From Candidatus Latescibacterota bacterium (GTDB lineage: Bacteria > Latescibacterota > UBA2968), in the NCBI GenBank assembly GCA_965205975.1, contig OZ242195.1, positions 192,001 through 256,000 on the forward strand: a stretch of DNA of 64,000 nucleotides, given 5' to 3'. The translations under genes and the position numbers were made by a program. The notes beneath the pieces are model-generated. The model did no database searches and had not been told where the DNA came from. It worked only from the letters and a program-made list of their open reading frames with translations. Shown here piece after piece: positions 1 to 10,743 of this stretch (position 1 is the first letter of the stretch; every line of letters starts with the position of its first letter).

Positions 1-342
1 ATTATGGGCGGTGATTTTAATATCGCGCATACCGAACGCGATATTTATTATGCTAAGAGCAATGAAAAAAATTCGGGTTTTTTGCCGCATGAACGCGCGT
101 GGATGGGCGATTTCATCGCTTCTGGCTGGCGCGATTTTACGCGAGAACACTACGGCGATATTCAGGGTCCGTATTCCTGGTGGTCCAATCGGGGAAGAGC
201 CAGGGAATTGGACCGAGGTTGGCGCATCGACTATTTGTTGGGTAATGCAGCCGCCGCAAAGCGCGTTCAATCTGCCCGTGTTGACCGCGAAGGCGGTTTG
301 ACCATATCTGATCACGCACCGGTTGTTGTAGATTTGAAATAG
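1..342 (+). CDS. xth: Exodeoxyribonuclease III, C-terminal part (5' end outside window)
   Basis: Motifs GDFNIAH, YSWWSNR, GWRIDY, SDHAP. Confidence 0.92.
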   Translation: MMGGDFNIAHTERDIYYAKSNEKNSGFLPHERAWMGDFIASGWRDFTREHYGDIQGPYSWWSNRGRARELDRGWRIDYLLGNAAAAKRVQSARVDREGGLTISDHAPVVVDLK

Positions 343-364
343 CTAATATACACAGGAGATTTCT

Positions 365-1795
365 ATGCACACTCTTGAAACACATCCTTTTGCAGCGTTA
401 TTTGGCATTGATGAAAGTGTGTCCGCGCAGGCATTGTCCGAAGCGATGTGCCGAGGTGCCGAATTTGCCGATCTGTATTTTCAGTATGTGCGTACGACGT
501 CTCTCAGTTTAGAAGATGGCATTATTTCCAGTGCCAATACAGGTATTGATCAAGGCGTGGGGATTCGCGCGGTGATTGGAGATCAGGTTGGCTATGCTTT
601 TTCCGAGAGTTTAGAAGCAGATGCGATTTATAAGGCTGCTCGGATAGCTGCTGCAATAGCAGAGGGCACAAAGAATATGCCGCCACAACACTTGCAGAGT
701 AGTGAGGTTGATAATTATTACGAGATTGATCGCGATTGGGATGAGGTCAATATTACCGAACGTCTGCCATTGGTGCAAAGTGCAGAGACGATGACTCGCG
801 CAATGGATCCCTCAATAGAAAAAGTGTCTGTGGGATGGATGGACAGGGATGAGCGCGTGCTCATTGTGACCAGCGATGGTGTTTTCAGTACGGATCGGCG
901 GCCTATGGCGACGCTGTATTGCTCGGTGACTGCGAACAAGAATGGCGTGCGGCAGAGCAATGGGGCTTCGGTCTCCCGGCGCGAGGGGATTGGCTATTTT
1001 ACCGAAGAGAATATCAGGGCGGTCTGTCAAAAGGCAGTTGATCGCACGATGATTCTCTTTGAGGCGCAGCGCCCGCCCGCAGGTGAAATGCCGGTGGTGC
1101 TTGCAGCAGGTGCTTCGGGTATTTTGCTCCACGAAGCGATAGGGCACGGCCTGGAAGCGGATTTCAACCGCAAGGGTACGTCCATTTATGCGACGATGAT
1201 GAATGAAAAAGTCGCCCCGGATTTTGTAACGATCGTCGATGATGGTTTGCAGGAAAATGATCGTGGGGCTCTCAATGTAGATGACGAGGGTCAGGCTACT
1301 GCGTGTACGACGCTTATTGAAAACGGCGTCTTAAAAAGCTATCTGCACGACCGTATTTCGGCAAAACACTACGGGGTCTCACCCACGGGATCGGGGCGCC
1401 GCGAAAGTTTTCGGCATGTTCCTATGCCGCGTATGCGATCTACGTATATGCTCGACGGACCCCACTCCCGAGACGAGATTATTCGCGCTGTCGATTACGG
1501 CATTATTGCCGATACGTTTACCAATGGACAGGTGCAAATAGGCGCGGGAGATTTTACTTTTTATATCAAGAATGGATGGCTTATCGAAGGCGGCAAAATC
1601 ACTGCGCCGATCAAGGATGTCAATATTATCGGCAATGGTCCCGAGGCTTTGAAAAATGTGGTTATGGCAGCAGGCGATGCCGTGTTGGACGATGGTAGCT
1701 GGACGTGTGGAAAAAATGGACAGGGCGTGCCCGTTTCGATGGGTGTTCCGACGATGCTGGTGGAAAAGAGTATGACTGTGGGTGGGGTGAACTAA
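365..1795 (+). CDS. tldD: TldD metalloprotease
   Basis: LLHEAIGHGLEADF, PMPRM, C-terminal CGK-GQ-VPV motifs. Confidence 0.93.
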   Translation: MHTLETHPFAALFGIDESVSAQALSEAMCRGAEFADLYFQYVRTTSLSLEDGIISSANTGIDQGVGIRAVIGDQVGYAFSESLEADAIYKAARIAAAIAEGTKNMPPQHLQSSEVDNYYEIDRDWDEVNITERLPLVQSAETMTRAMDPSIEKVSVGWMDRDERVLIVTSDGVFSTDRRPMATLYCSVTANKNGVRQSNGASVSRREGIGYFTEENIRAVCQKAVDRTMILFEAQRPPAGEMPVVLAAGASGILLHEAIGHGLEADFNRKGTSIYATMMNEKVAPDFVTIVDDGLQENDRGALNVDDEGQATACTTLIENGVLKSYLHDRISAKHYGVSPTGSGRRESFRHVPMPRMRSTYMLDGPHSRDEIIRAVDYGIIADTFTNGQVQIGAGDFTFYIKNGWLIEGGKITAPIKDVNIIGNGPEALKNVVMAAGDAVLDDGSWTCGKNGQGVPVSMGVPTMLVEKSMTVGGVN

Positions 1796-3112
1796 ATGGA
1801 ACGAGAACTTTTCGAACAAGCCGAGCAGGCGATTGCGCAAGCGCGCAGAGCAGGTGCGAATGATGCGATAGCGCGGGTGCGGGATGAAAACAGCACGGAG
1901 TACACGTATCGCGATGGTAATATTGAGCAGGTTCAACAAAGTGCTACCCGCGGCTTGAGCATTCAATTGTATGTCAATGGGCGGTATTCAACACACCAGA
2001 CCTCGGATTTGCGCGCGACATCAGTTGCCCGATTTGTCGAAGATGCGGTTGCGCTGACGCAGCATCTGGCCGAAGATCCGCATCGCGTTATTCCCGATGC
2101 CGCGCTGTATGAAAATCGGCCGGATACCGATCTTCAATCCGACGATGTTGTGGTGCGCGATTTGCCCCGCGAGGCGTGTATTGATTGGCTAAAAAAAATG
2201 GATGCTATCACCCATACAGATGACCGCGTGGTGAGTGCTACCGCTGATGTTTATTATGGTTGGCATACGTCGGCTCGGGTGAGTTCAAATGGATTTTCGG
2301 GGATACAGAGCGGGACTTCGATAGGCTATGGCGCGAGTGTGACGCTAAAAGAGGGCGAGCATGGGCGTCCCGAAGATCATCGCTATGTGCGGGCGCATCA
2401 TTTGTCGGATTTGCCCAATCCTGAGACGGTTGCGCGCGAAGGGCTCGACCGCGCGATTTCCCGATTGGGCAGCGAAAAAGCGCCGAGCGGGCGGGCGACT
2501 ATGGTGGTTGATCCCGAAGCGGGCGGGCGTTTGATTGGCGCGATATGGGGCGCATTGCAGGCGCGTAGCATTCAGCAGAACCGGTCTTTTCTCGCTGATA
2601 AAAAGGACGCGCAAATTGCCAGTTCGCTCCTGACGGTGACAGATGATCCTCTGATGGTACGCGGTCTCGCATCTCGGCATTACGATGGCGAGGGAATTTC
2701 GGCAAAGCGCAGGTGCGTCGTTGATCAGGGCGTCTTGCAAATGTATTATGTCGATACGTATTACGGGCGCAAACTCGGCTGGGATCCTACAACTGGAATG
2801 TCGTCTAATCTCGTTTTTGTGCCGGGTGAGAAAGATCTCAATGGTCTGATTGCAGAGATTAAAGAAGGCTTTCACGTCACGTCTTGGCTCGGTGGCAATG
2901 CCGATACGACGACTGGGGATTTTTCTTATGGTTTTCGCGGCTTTCGCATTGCCAATGGGCAGAAAATGGGTGCGGTATCGGAAATGAATATCGCCGGCAA
3001 TTTTCTCGATTTGTTGCAAAATCTCGTCGCCGTGGGCAATGATCCCAATGTCTATTCCAGCATGCAAACACCTACTCTAATTTTTGACAATGTGGCGTTT
3101 AGCGGGAAGTAA
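1796..3112 (+). CDS. pmbA: TldE/PmbA non-catalytic partner
   Basis: Abuts tldD; YDGEG and TTGDFS motifs; no HExxH. Confidence 0.88.
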   Translation: MERELFEQAEQAIAQARRAGANDAIARVRDENSTEYTYRDGNIEQVQQSATRGLSIQLYVNGRYSTHQTSDLRATSVARFVEDAVALTQHLAEDPHRVIPDAALYENRPDTDLQSDDVVVRDLPREACIDWLKKMDAITHTDDRVVSATADVYYGWHTSARVSSNGFSGIQSGTSIGYGASVTLKEGEHGRPEDHRYVRAHHLSDLPNPETVAREGLDRAISRLGSEKAPSGRATMVVDPEAGGRLIGAIWGALQARSIQQNRSFLADKKDAQIASSLLTVTDDPLMVRGLASRHYDGEGISAKRRCVVDQGVLQMYYVDTYYGRKLGWDPTTGMSSNLVFVPGEKDLNGLIAEIKEGFHVTSWLGGNADTTTGDFSYGFRGFRIANGQKMGAVSEMNIAGNFLDLLQNLVAVGNDPNVYSSMQTPTLIFDNVAFSGK

Positions 3113-3139
3113 AAAGAGTGGCGTTAGAGAGGGAAAATA

Positions 3140-4426
3140 ATGTCTGCCGCGTCAAAAACGCCGCGCCATATTGCATTGGATATCCTCTGTCGCGTTGAAC
3201 GGGGCGCTTATCTCGACCGTTTGCTCGACGCGCAGCGCGAACATATTCGCGGTCCCGATGGCGATTTGCTTCAGCATCTCGTTCGGGGTACGCTGACCAA
3301 TCGGGCGCGGCTTGATCATATCTTGACGCCCTATCTCAAAAAACCCCTGTCCAGACAGCACGCCAAACTCCGCAATCTCCTGCGCCTCGGTGTTTATCAA
3401 CTCCAGTATCTCGACCGCGTGCCATCTTATGCGGTTGTTTCTGAAGCTGTTATTCTCGCTCGTCATATTCTCGGGGAGCCGATTGCGAAATTGGTCAATG
3501 CTGTGTTGCGCGGTGTGGCCGAAGATCGCAAGCCTGTTGTTTTTCCCGATTTTGATAGCGATCCCGTCGAATATCTCGCCATTGCGACATCACATCCCCA
3601 ATGGCTCGTCACGCGGTGGATCAAACGCTATGGCATAGATGAGACACGCGCCCTGTGTGAATTTGACAATGCCCAACCCGCCCTCACTATTCGTCCCAAT
3701 GCGTTGCGAACGACGCCCGATGCCCTGCGCGAGCAACTCGCTATTGAGGGGATTGACACTGAATTTGCAACATCCGATCTCCTCGCCGTATCCCATGTGG
3801 GCCACCTTTTTCAGAGCAGGGCTTATTGCGCTGGTCTCTTTAGCGTTCAAGGCGCGGGGGCTGCAATGGTTGTTCCACTGCTCGATCCGCAACCCGGCGA
3901 GGCTGTTCTCGATTTGTGTAGTGCGCCCGGCGGCAAAACCACTGCTATGGCGGAGCGCATGAAGAATCGGGGTTTTATTCTTGCTACAGATCTCTATCCG
4001 CGCCGTCTCGAAATAGTAAAACAAAACACGCATCGGCTCGGAGTTTCATGTGTTTATCCACTCGCTGCCGATGCGTGTTATTTGGCTGTCAACCGCTTAT
4101 TTGATCGGGTTCTGGTCGATGTGCCCTGTTCCTCGCTGGGTATTCTGAATCACCATCCCGACCTGCGCTGGCGGAAGTGTGATATTCAGGACCTTGCGCG
4201 CTTGCAACGCGCCCTTATCGAACGCGCTGCCGATTACGTCTGTCCAGGTGGTGTTCTCGTCTATAGTACTTGTACCCTCGAACCCGAAGAAAATGAGCGC
4301 GTTGTCGAAGCTTTTTTAAGCGATCATCCGGGCTTTCGAGTTACCCATCCCTATCTGCAATTGCTACCCCATCAAACTGGTAATGACGGTGTTTTTGCCG
4401 CGCGGTTGCATAAGACGGCTTCTTAG
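3140..4426 (+). CDS. rsmB: 16S rRNA m5C967 methyltransferase RsmB
   Basis: NusB-like N-terminus; DLCSAPGGKT, DVPCS, YSTCT. Confidence 0.9.
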   Translation: MSAASKTPRHIALDILCRVERGAYLDRLLDAQREHIRGPDGDLLQHLVRGTLTNRARLDHILTPYLKKPLSRQHAKLRNLLRLGVYQLQYLDRVPSYAVVSEAVILARHILGEPIAKLVNAVLRGVAEDRKPVVFPDFDSDPVEYLAIATSHPQWLVTRWIKRYGIDETRALCEFDNAQPALTIRPNALRTTPDALREQLAIEGIDTEFATSDLLAVSHVGHLFQSRAYCAGLFSVQGAGAAMVVPLLDPQPGEAVLDLCSAPGGKTTAMAERMKNRGFILATDLYPRRLEIVKQNTHRLGVSCVYPLAADACYLAVNRLFDRVLVDVPCSSLGILNHHPDLRWRKCDIQDLARLQRALIERAADYVCPGGVLVYSTCTLEPEENERVVEAFLSDHPGFRVTHPYLQLLPHQTGNDGVFAARLHKTAS

Positions 4427-5922
4427 GCCAACTCGTAGTGCCTGCGGTCAGGCTGAGGCACTGGCCGGGCATCTTCGGTGTTTATGCTCCAGTCGGCGAG
4501 TCGCAGTCGCATGTCGGCGAGGGCGTCGCGATGTTGTTCTTCGTCGATCACATTGACCAACTCGCCTGGGTCGGCGACGAGGTCGTAGAGTTCGTCGCGA
4601 TCTCCCATGGGGTCGTGGACGTACTTCCACTGGCGGGTGCGGACCATCTTGCACCGACCGGCTGCCTCGCGCCACTGCAAGGTGTCAATCAGGGTCTTGC
4701 GGCCCCAGGGTTGAGGTAGCTTTTCCAGGTCGGACATGGTAAAGAGCGGTCCTCCACTTCCGTATTCGGAAAAAGTCGCGTCCCGAGGTGCGGCTGCAGT
4801 CACAGTGGGCAGTGGTATTCCGTGCATGGAATTCGGTTGGGCCATTCCTTGCAAGTGCAACAGCGTGGGTACCACGTCGATCAGATTGGCCATGCTTTGA
4901 TCGCGCACCCCGGCGGTGACCTGCCCGGGCCAGGAGACGATCAGCGGCACCCGAGTCAGGCTGTCGTAGAAGACTCCGCCTTTGCACTGCATGGCGTGTT
5001 CCCCCATAAAGTCGCCGTGGTCCGAACAAAAGACGACAATCGTCTGCTCTCGCAGCCCCAGTGCATCGAGTTTGTCGAGTATTTGGCCGAGTGCGTCGTC
5101 GATAAAGCGCACCATACCAAAATACGAGGCCATAACGCCATAGAGATCTTCAGTCGAATCGCGGCGCATTCCCAGCATCTGGTAGAGCGCGCGGTTGCGC
5201 TCGGGGGCGCGTTCGTCGTCAAATTCGTCGTCGCGCCAGGGGGGAAGGTCAATGTTTTCGGGCGGAAACAAGGCTGCATACTCGGCCGGGCACAGCCACG
5301 GTTCGTGTGGATCGGGAAAAGAAACCCACAGGGCAAAGGGCTGGTCCTGGTGCTTTTCGATAAAGCGCGTCGTCTGTCCAGCGATCAGGCCGGTGGAGTG
5401 GTCCTCTAAGGGTAGTTCGGAGGTGCCGTAGCTGAAGCGGGGGTTCTGATGGGCGAGCTGGCGATTTTCGGCGGCGACCTTGCGGCGGCCTTCTGCCGGG
5501 CGGAACCAGTCCATGCCCCGCGTCTCTTCGCCGCTACCGCCGTGGGTACCGGGGTTCCACACATCGAAGAGGGCCAAATCCTCTTCCTGTTCGAAGCAGT
5601 GGTTTTTGCCGATCAGGCCCGTGGCGTAGCCCGCCGCTTTCCAGAGTTGCCAGGCGTGTTCGGCACCGGCTGGCATCAAGGTCTGGTTGCGTCGGCCCCC
5701 GTGCGAGTGGGGAAACTGCGAGGTCCAAAATGAGATGCGTGCTGGCACACAGAGTGGGTGCGGGGTGATGGCGTTTTCAAAGAGGACTCCGCTGGCGGCC
5801 AGGCGTTCCATCGACGGGGTTTGGCAAAAGGTGTTGCCGTAGAGATGGCTGGCTGTGGCGCGCTGTTGGTCAGTCATGATTACGAGGATGTTGGGGCGGT
5901 CAGTCATGGTGTTTTTGCTCAT
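4423..5922 (-). CDS. Formylglycine-dependent sulfatase family protein
   Basis: MTDQQR, CVPAR (CxPxR), GKNH, SDHG, ELYDL..DP.E motifs. Confidence 0.9.
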   Translation of the reverse strand: MSKNTMTDRPNILVIMTDQQRATASHLYGNTFCQTPSMERLAASGVLFENAITPHPLCVPARISFWTSQFPHSHGGRRNQTLMPAGAEHAWQLWKAAGYATGLIGKNHCFEQEEDLALFDVWNPGTHGGSGEETRGMDWFRPAEGRRKVAAENRQLAHQNPRFSYGTSELPLEDHSTGLIAGQTTRFIEKHQDQPFALWVSFPDPHEPWLCPAEYAALFPPENIDLPPWRDDEFDDERAPERNRALYQMLGMRRDSTEDLYGVMASYFGMVRFIDDALGQILDKLDALGLREQTIVVFCSDHGDFMGEHAMQCKGGVFYDSLTRVPLIVSWPGQVTAGVRDQSMANLIDVVPTLLHLQGMAQPNSMHGIPLPTVTAAAPRDATFSEYGSGGPLFTMSDLEKLPQPWGRKTLIDTLQWREAAGRCKMVRTRQWKYVHDPMGDRDELYDLVADPGELVNVIDEEQHRDALADMRLRLADWSINTEDARPVPQPDRRHYELA

Positions 5923-5926
5923 TTCT

Positions 5927-7189
5927 TTATGCGGTTGCCGACATGGCTTTGCTCAATATTTCCGATGTGCTCGGGCGCATGATGCGGGGATCGACTTGTT
6001 CTCCGGCGCTGAGTGTGTCGCGCACTTGAGAGCCTGAAATAAAGACCGGTTGTTCATCGGGGTGATGTTCCATTAAATCCACGCGTCCAAGTGATTCGTA
6101 ATAGGCGGCAAACCCAACGTTCACGGGCTGAATTTGGAGGTCGCCATTTAGATTTTCAAAAATCTCCTGTGCATCGAAGTCCCCCCAGATCGCGCTGCCG
6201 TCGTGATAGGGGGCATCGGCGTGTTTGCGGCCGATGATGATGTCGGTGAATCCAAAGTTCTGGCGGTAAATGGCGTGCATGACGGCTTCTTTGGGTCCGG
6301 CGTAAAACATTTTGATATCCAGTCCGAGCAAAATGACTCTGTCCGGTACAGATTCTCCGCGTTTTTGCCACAGGTCCGCGTCGCTATCCCCTTCGCCCAG
6401 TCCCCGAGATGCGATGAGTGCTTCGTAAGTTTGCATGCGAATTTCTGCGCGCACGTCGTCCGATTTGGTTTCGCCCACGAGGGGATTTAAGCACGCGCCT
6501 GCGTTGTGTCCCTGGCGCAGGAGGGTTTCCAAGCCATATACCAGTGCATATTCGTGTGCGCGATGCAGGGCATTGCGCGTTTGAAATGCCACAACGCGGT
6601 TCCAGCCTTTTTGGACCAGGAGGGGCCTGACTTCTCGCGGGCTGAGTACGTATTGTCCAAAATGTGGATTTTTGGGTTGGGGTAGTACTTGTATTTCACC
6701 GCCTATGAGATGGGTTTTGTCGCCGTCGCCATTGAGGACCATATCGGCACCGGGGTGGTCTGTACGATCCGTTAAATATACGCGCTGGAGGTATTGGGTT
6801 TTATCCCATTCAAAGATGTCGCTGATGTCCAGCACCGCCACTATTTCGCCAGATGTGTTTTCCAATGCGACTTTCTGGCCAATCGAAAGTGTTTGGGCAA
6901 GATTGGGACTCACGGGTAGTGATATTGGGATCGTCCAGGCATAGCGCTTGCCATCTACTTTGATGACGGATTCGTCGAGCACTCGATGATATGTTTGTGC
7001 ATCCATCGGTCCTGTAAGCGGACTCAATCCGCCGTCGCCAAAACGATAGACCGAGGATAGATCTGCATCGCTGACCGGGACGCGCGTCAGTCCGTTTGCT
7101 CTGGATAAAAATGTTTCAACATCTGCTACCATGCGATTGACCGGTTCGGATAGACCACCGTGGGGTGCAATCAGGGGTGTATCGGACAT
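5927..7189 (-). CDS. sat: Sulfate adenylyltransferase (ATP sulfurylase)
   Basis: [36 protein letters not shown]. Confidence 0.9.
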   Translation of the reverse strand: MSDTPLIAPHGGLSEPVNRMVADVETFLSRANGLTRVPVSDADLSSVYRFGDGGLSPLTGPMDAQTYHRVLDESVIKVDGKRYAWTIPISLPVSPNLAQTLSIGQKVALENTSGEIVAVLDISDIFEWDKTQYLQRVYLTDRTDHPGADMVLNGDGDKTHLIGGEIQVLPQPKNPHFGQYVLSPREVRPLLVQKGWNRVVAFQTRNALHRAHEYALVYGLETLLRQGHNAGACLNPLVGETKSDDVRAEIRMQTYEALIASRGLGEGDSDADLWQKRGESVPDRVILLGLDIKMFYAGPKEAVMHAIYRQNFGFTDIIIGRKHADAPYHDGSAIWGDFDAQEIFENLNGDLQIQPVNVGFAAYYESLGRVDLMEHHPDEQPVFISGSQVRDTLSAGEQVDPRIMRPSTSEILSKAMSATA

Positions 7190-7308
7190 TTGGGTAAACC
7201 TCCTATTATTATGATATTCTTGATTTACTAAGTAATGAATATATATTTGACCTGTTTTCTGTCAAGAAAGAAAGCGGTTTTGGGCCTTGACCTTTTTAAG
7301 CTGGCTTC

Positions 7309-7641
7309 TCATCGCGTTTTTTGCGCTTCCATATATGCCCGTAGGACCGCATTCATTCGAGTTTGATATCCCCTGCCGAACGATTGAAAAAAGTCAACAA
7401 CATCGTTATCAATTCGCAGCGAGATTTGTTTCTTTCTTTTTGGCATTACAACCCGTAGTTGTGTCAGGTCGCAGTCTTCTAAGCGCAGTGAGTCGGGGTC
7501 TTCGCGGGCGTTGCGCTCAATTTCCTCTTCGGTCATTGTGTCCAACCGATGCCAATCGGTTTTGTCTTTCTTGCTGCCTACTGGCACACCTTGGGAAACA
7601 GAAGTTATTTTGTCTTTCTTTTTGTTTGTGATCCTGCTCAT
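7309..7641 (-). CDS. BrnA-family antitoxin
   Basis: TDW.RL, ISLRID.DV..FF..G.GYQTRMNAVLR signature; follows brnT. Confidence 0.88.
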   Translation of the reverse strand: MSRITNKKKDKITSVSQGVPVGSKKDKTDWHRLDTMTEEEIERNAREDPDSLRLEDCDLTQLRVVMPKRKKQISLRIDNDVVDFFQSFGRGYQTRMNAVLRAYMEAQKTR

Positions 7642-7651
7642 TATCGCCTCC

Positions 7652-7915
7652 TCATGTGTTTAACTCAAACACGTTCCTCTCTTTTCTACTCGCTTTTCGT
7701 GCCGAAATGATCCTCCGGGCCTCGTCACGCCAGGTATAAACAACGGCAATTACGTGATTGTTGAGCATGCCAAGTGCAAGTATCCGAGCTTCGCCATGTC
7801 GCCTTTGGGGAATCTCTACAACTGTATTTTCAAAGATGTTTATAGCGACTCGAAAGTCGTAGCCGTGTTTCTCAATATTGGCAAGCCGCTTATTTATATC
7901 CCATTCAAATTTCAC
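7652..7915 (-). CDS. BrnT-family ribonuclease toxin (GTG start at 7915)
   Basis: KFEWD..K...N..KHG.DF and RIISARKA motifs. Confidence 0.88.
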   Translation of the reverse strand: MKFEWDINKRLANIEKHGYDFRVAINIFENTVVEIPQRRHGEARILALGMLNNHVIAVVYTWRDEARRIISARKASRKERNVFELNT

Positions 7916-7921
7916 ATAATG

Positions 7922-7950
7922 AATATACAAAATGTAGATACATTTATCAA
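7922..7950 (-). promoter_or_regulatory. sigma70 promoter of brnTA with palindromic operator
   Basis: TTGATA-17 bp-TATATT; perfect inverted repeat AAATGTA-GA-TACATTT at 7930-7945. Confidence 0.7.
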
Positions 7951-7969
7951 TACAAACAATACAAAATAA

Positions 7970-8004
7970 AACAGGCACTTGCGAGAAGTACGTAAGTGCC
8001 TGTT
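7970..8004 (-). terminator. Hairpin terminator after tRNA-Lys
   Basis: AACAGGCACTT ... AAGTGCCTGTT stem followed by a T-rich tract on the minus strand. Confidence 0.65.
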
Positions 8005-8011
8005 CGGATTA

Positions 8012-8087
<76 letters not shown>

Positions 8088-8131
8088 GTTTTTTCAGGTG
8101 ATTGGAAATGTAAAGAAGCCTTTGCGCGATG

Positions 8132-8605
8132 TCAAGTCTTGCGAATATAAGTTCCGCTGCGTCCACCGCTTTTTTGCAAGAGACAGATTTCTCCGATGAC
8201 CATGCCGCGATCTACTGCTTTGCACATGTCGTAAATGGTCAACAGAGCGACACTGACCGCGGTGAGGGCTTCCATTTCGACACCTGTGCGGTCGGGTACG
8301 CGCACAGTTGCACGCGCTGTAATGCTCGTATTTTCGGCTTCAAAATTGAGTTCAACGCCCGTAATGCCCAGCGGGTGACACATTGGGATGAGGTCAGATG
8401 TGCGTTTGGTGGCCATGATGCCCGCAATGCGCGCTGTTTCCAGCACGTTGCCTTTGGGCATATTTCCTCTGGTGACGAGTTGCAGGGTTTCGGGCTGCAT
8501 TTCAATTTTGCCCGATGCGATTGCCTCGCGGTCTGTCACGTCTTTGTCTGTGACATCCACCATCTTCACGGATCCCTGTTCGTCAATATGTGTCAATTTT
8601 GCCAT
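8132..8605 (-). CDS. moaC: Cyclic pyranopterin monophosphate synthase MoaC
   Basis: LTH.D..G...MVDV..K, LIPMCHPL, TGVEMEALT, YDMCKAVD. Confidence 0.96.
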   Translation of the reverse strand: MAKLTHIDEQGSVKMVDVTDKDVTDREAIASGKIEMQPETLQLVTRGNMPKGNVLETARIAGIMATKRTSDLIPMCHPLGITGVELNFEAENTSITARATVRVPDRTGVEMEALTAVSVALLTIYDMCKAVDRGMVIGEICLLQKSGGRSGTYIRKT

Positions 8606-8611
8606 GATCTT

Positions 8612-9835
8612 TTACCAGCTATTTAATAAAATGAGGTCCAATTCGGTTCCCGCAGGTACATGGGCATCTTCGGCGTTGACTACGAATAAGCTGTTTGCGC
8701 GGGCCATTGAAAACAGATCAGCCGAGCCGTGGTGCCCGACCCAGGTGCTTTCCCAAATGCCTTTTTTGTCCTGAACACTGTGCGCGGGTACAAATTGCTT
8801 TCGCCCGGGCGTTTGTCGAAAATCTGCACTGAGTACTGTGCGGACGGTGGGGAGATGCAAATCCGTCATGCACTGCATTTTTCTGATTGCAGGACGCATG
8901 AGCAATTCCAGGCCGACTACAGAAGATACCGGATTGCCGGGCAATCCAAAGACCTGTCGCGCGCCTTTTACGCCAAATGTCAGGGGTTTGCCGGGTTTCA
9001 TGCGGATGCGGTCAAATAGTACTTCGACACCCAGATCTCGCATGCCGTCTTGTACCAGATCGTATTCGCCAGCAGAGACACCACCAGATAGGGCGACGAT
9101 ATCACAGGTCTCCAGACCTTCGCCGATGGTTTGTATCAAGGCATGGATGTCGTCTTCTACAATGCCGAAATAACGCGCTTGCGCCCCTGAGCGCAAGACT
9201 TGAGCCATCATTGAGTATCCATTGCTGTTTCGTATTTGCCCGGGTTTGGGTTTGTTGTGTGGTTCAACAACTTCGCTGCCGGTTGCCACAATGCCAACTA
9301 CTGGTTGGCGATAGACCTCGACATGGATATGTCCCACAGCGGCGAGAATGCCAACTTCGAGGGGGCGTATGACTGTGTTGGCTTGCAATACGACCTGATT
9401 GACGCGCACATCTTCGCCGAGGCGGGCGATATTTCTGCCTGTTTCCGTGGTGTCGAGTACCTGCACTTTTTGGGCGTCTGTATGTGGTAAGGTATCTTCT
9501 ACCATAATTACCGTGTCTGCGCCATCGGGTACGGGTGCGCCCGTCATAATTTGAGAGGCTTGCCCACATTCCACGCGCTTTTGCGGCACGGTGCCCGCTG
9601 GAATTTCTTCGATCACATCGAGTATGACCGGTGTATTTTGGGATGCGGATGCGATATCTGCTCCCTGAAGGGCATAACCATCCATGAGGGCTTTGTCAAA
9701 GGGTGGCATGTCGATATCCGAATGCACATCTTCGGATAAAACGCGCCCGAGTACATCGTCCAATCCAACGCGAATTTTGTCAATTTTCTGTGTGTTTTCC
9801 ATTACTATGCGAATGGCATCATCCATTTCAATCAT
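8612..9835 (-). CDS. moeA: Molybdopterin molybdotransferase MoeA
   Basis: PPFD...MDGYA, TGAPVP, SGGVSAG, MKPGKP, GLPGNP. Confidence 0.95.
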   Translation of the reverse strand: MIEMDDAIRIVMENTQKIDKIRVGLDDVLGRVLSEDVHSDIDMPPFDKALMDGYALQGADIASASQNTPVILDVIEEIPAGTVPQKRVECGQASQIMTGAPVPDGADTVIMVEDTLPHTDAQKVQVLDTTETGRNIARLGEDVRVNQVVLQANTVIRPLEVGILAAVGHIHVEVYRQPVVGIVATGSEVVEPHNKPKPGQIRNSNGYSMMAQVLRSGAQARYFGIVEDDIHALIQTIGEGLETCDIVALSGGVSAGEYDLVQDGMRDLGVEVLFDRIRMKPGKPLTFGVKGARQVFGLPGNPVSSVVGLELLMRPAIRKMQCMTDLHLPTVRTVLSADFRQTPGRKQFVPAHSVQDKKGIWESTWVGHHGSADLFSMARANSLFVVNAEDAHVPAGTELDLILLNSW

Positions 9836-9966
9836 AACTTTACTCCTTGTTTTATTTTCATTAATCGCGCATAATATACGTAAACTTGCCCGAAGTATCT
9901 GAGATTTTTTTTGTATTTTTTATGGGAAAGATCGCGATAGAGCGTATTTTAACTATAAGGAGTAAT

Positions 9967-10686
9967 ATGTCCAAAACAGCAATTATTACTGGCGCAGGTA
10001 CCGGAATTGGTGCGAGTATTGCCATTGCATTTGCCGAAGCGGGCTATAATCTGGTGCTCGCGGGGCGGCGCGTAGAACCTTTGGAAGAGACAGCACGGCA
10101 ATGCGGCACTGCCAATATCGAGATCTGTGCTACCGATGTTGCCGACCGCGAGGCGGTTCAAGTGCTCGCCGAACAGACGGTCGCGGTTTTTGGGCGCATT
10201 GATATTTTGGTGAACAACGCGGGTATCAATAGTAAAAAACGCCACTTGATCGATATTGCGGATGAGGACTGGGATCGCGTTATGGAGATCAATCTCACGG
10301 GTGCTTTTAATGCGTTTCGCGCTGTTTTGCCGCAAATGAAAGTGCAAAATGACGGTCTGGTTATCAATATCTCATCTATGGCTGGCAAAAGAGCGGGTAT
10401 GATCAGTGGTGTGGCTTATAGCGCGTCCAAATTTGGCATGGCCGCGCTGAATCAATCGATCAATGTTGAGTTTCGAGAGGCGGGCATTCGCGCCTGCTGT
10501 ATTTATCCCGGTGAAGTCGATACACCTATCTTAGATCACCGTCCCAATCCCGTCTCAGATGAAAAACGCGCCGCTGCACTTTTGCCCGAAGATATTGCTG
10601 CCGCCGCACTTATGGTCGCTCAGATGCCGGACCGCGTCATTGTCGAAGAAATTACCATTTTTCCACGCCGGGTGGTTGGGAGATAG
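9967..10686 (+). CDS. SDR-family oxidoreductase
   Basis: TGAGTGIG, NNAG, YSASK; start at ATG 9967 with AGGAG RBS. Confidence 0.9.
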   Translation: MSKTAIITGAGTGIGASIAIAFAEAGYNLVLAGRRVEPLEETARQCGTANIEICATDVADREAVQVLAEQTVAVFGRIDILVNNAGINSKKRHLIDIADEDWDRVMEINLTGAFNAFRAVLPQMKVQNDGLVINISSMAGKRAGMISGVAYSASKFGMAALNQSINVEFREAGIRACCIYPGEVDTPILDHRPNPVSDEKRAAALLPEDIAAAALMVAQMPDRVIVEEITIFPRRVVGR

Positions 10687-10743
10687 TATGTCCGTGATAT
10701 CCACTTATGTGCGTGCATTAGAATTAGTAAGGATAAAAATAAA

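Noticed and set aside
365..3112. TldD/PmbA as part of the RiPP pathway
   Set aside because: About 55 kb away and in a housekeeping context; no evidence of linkage.
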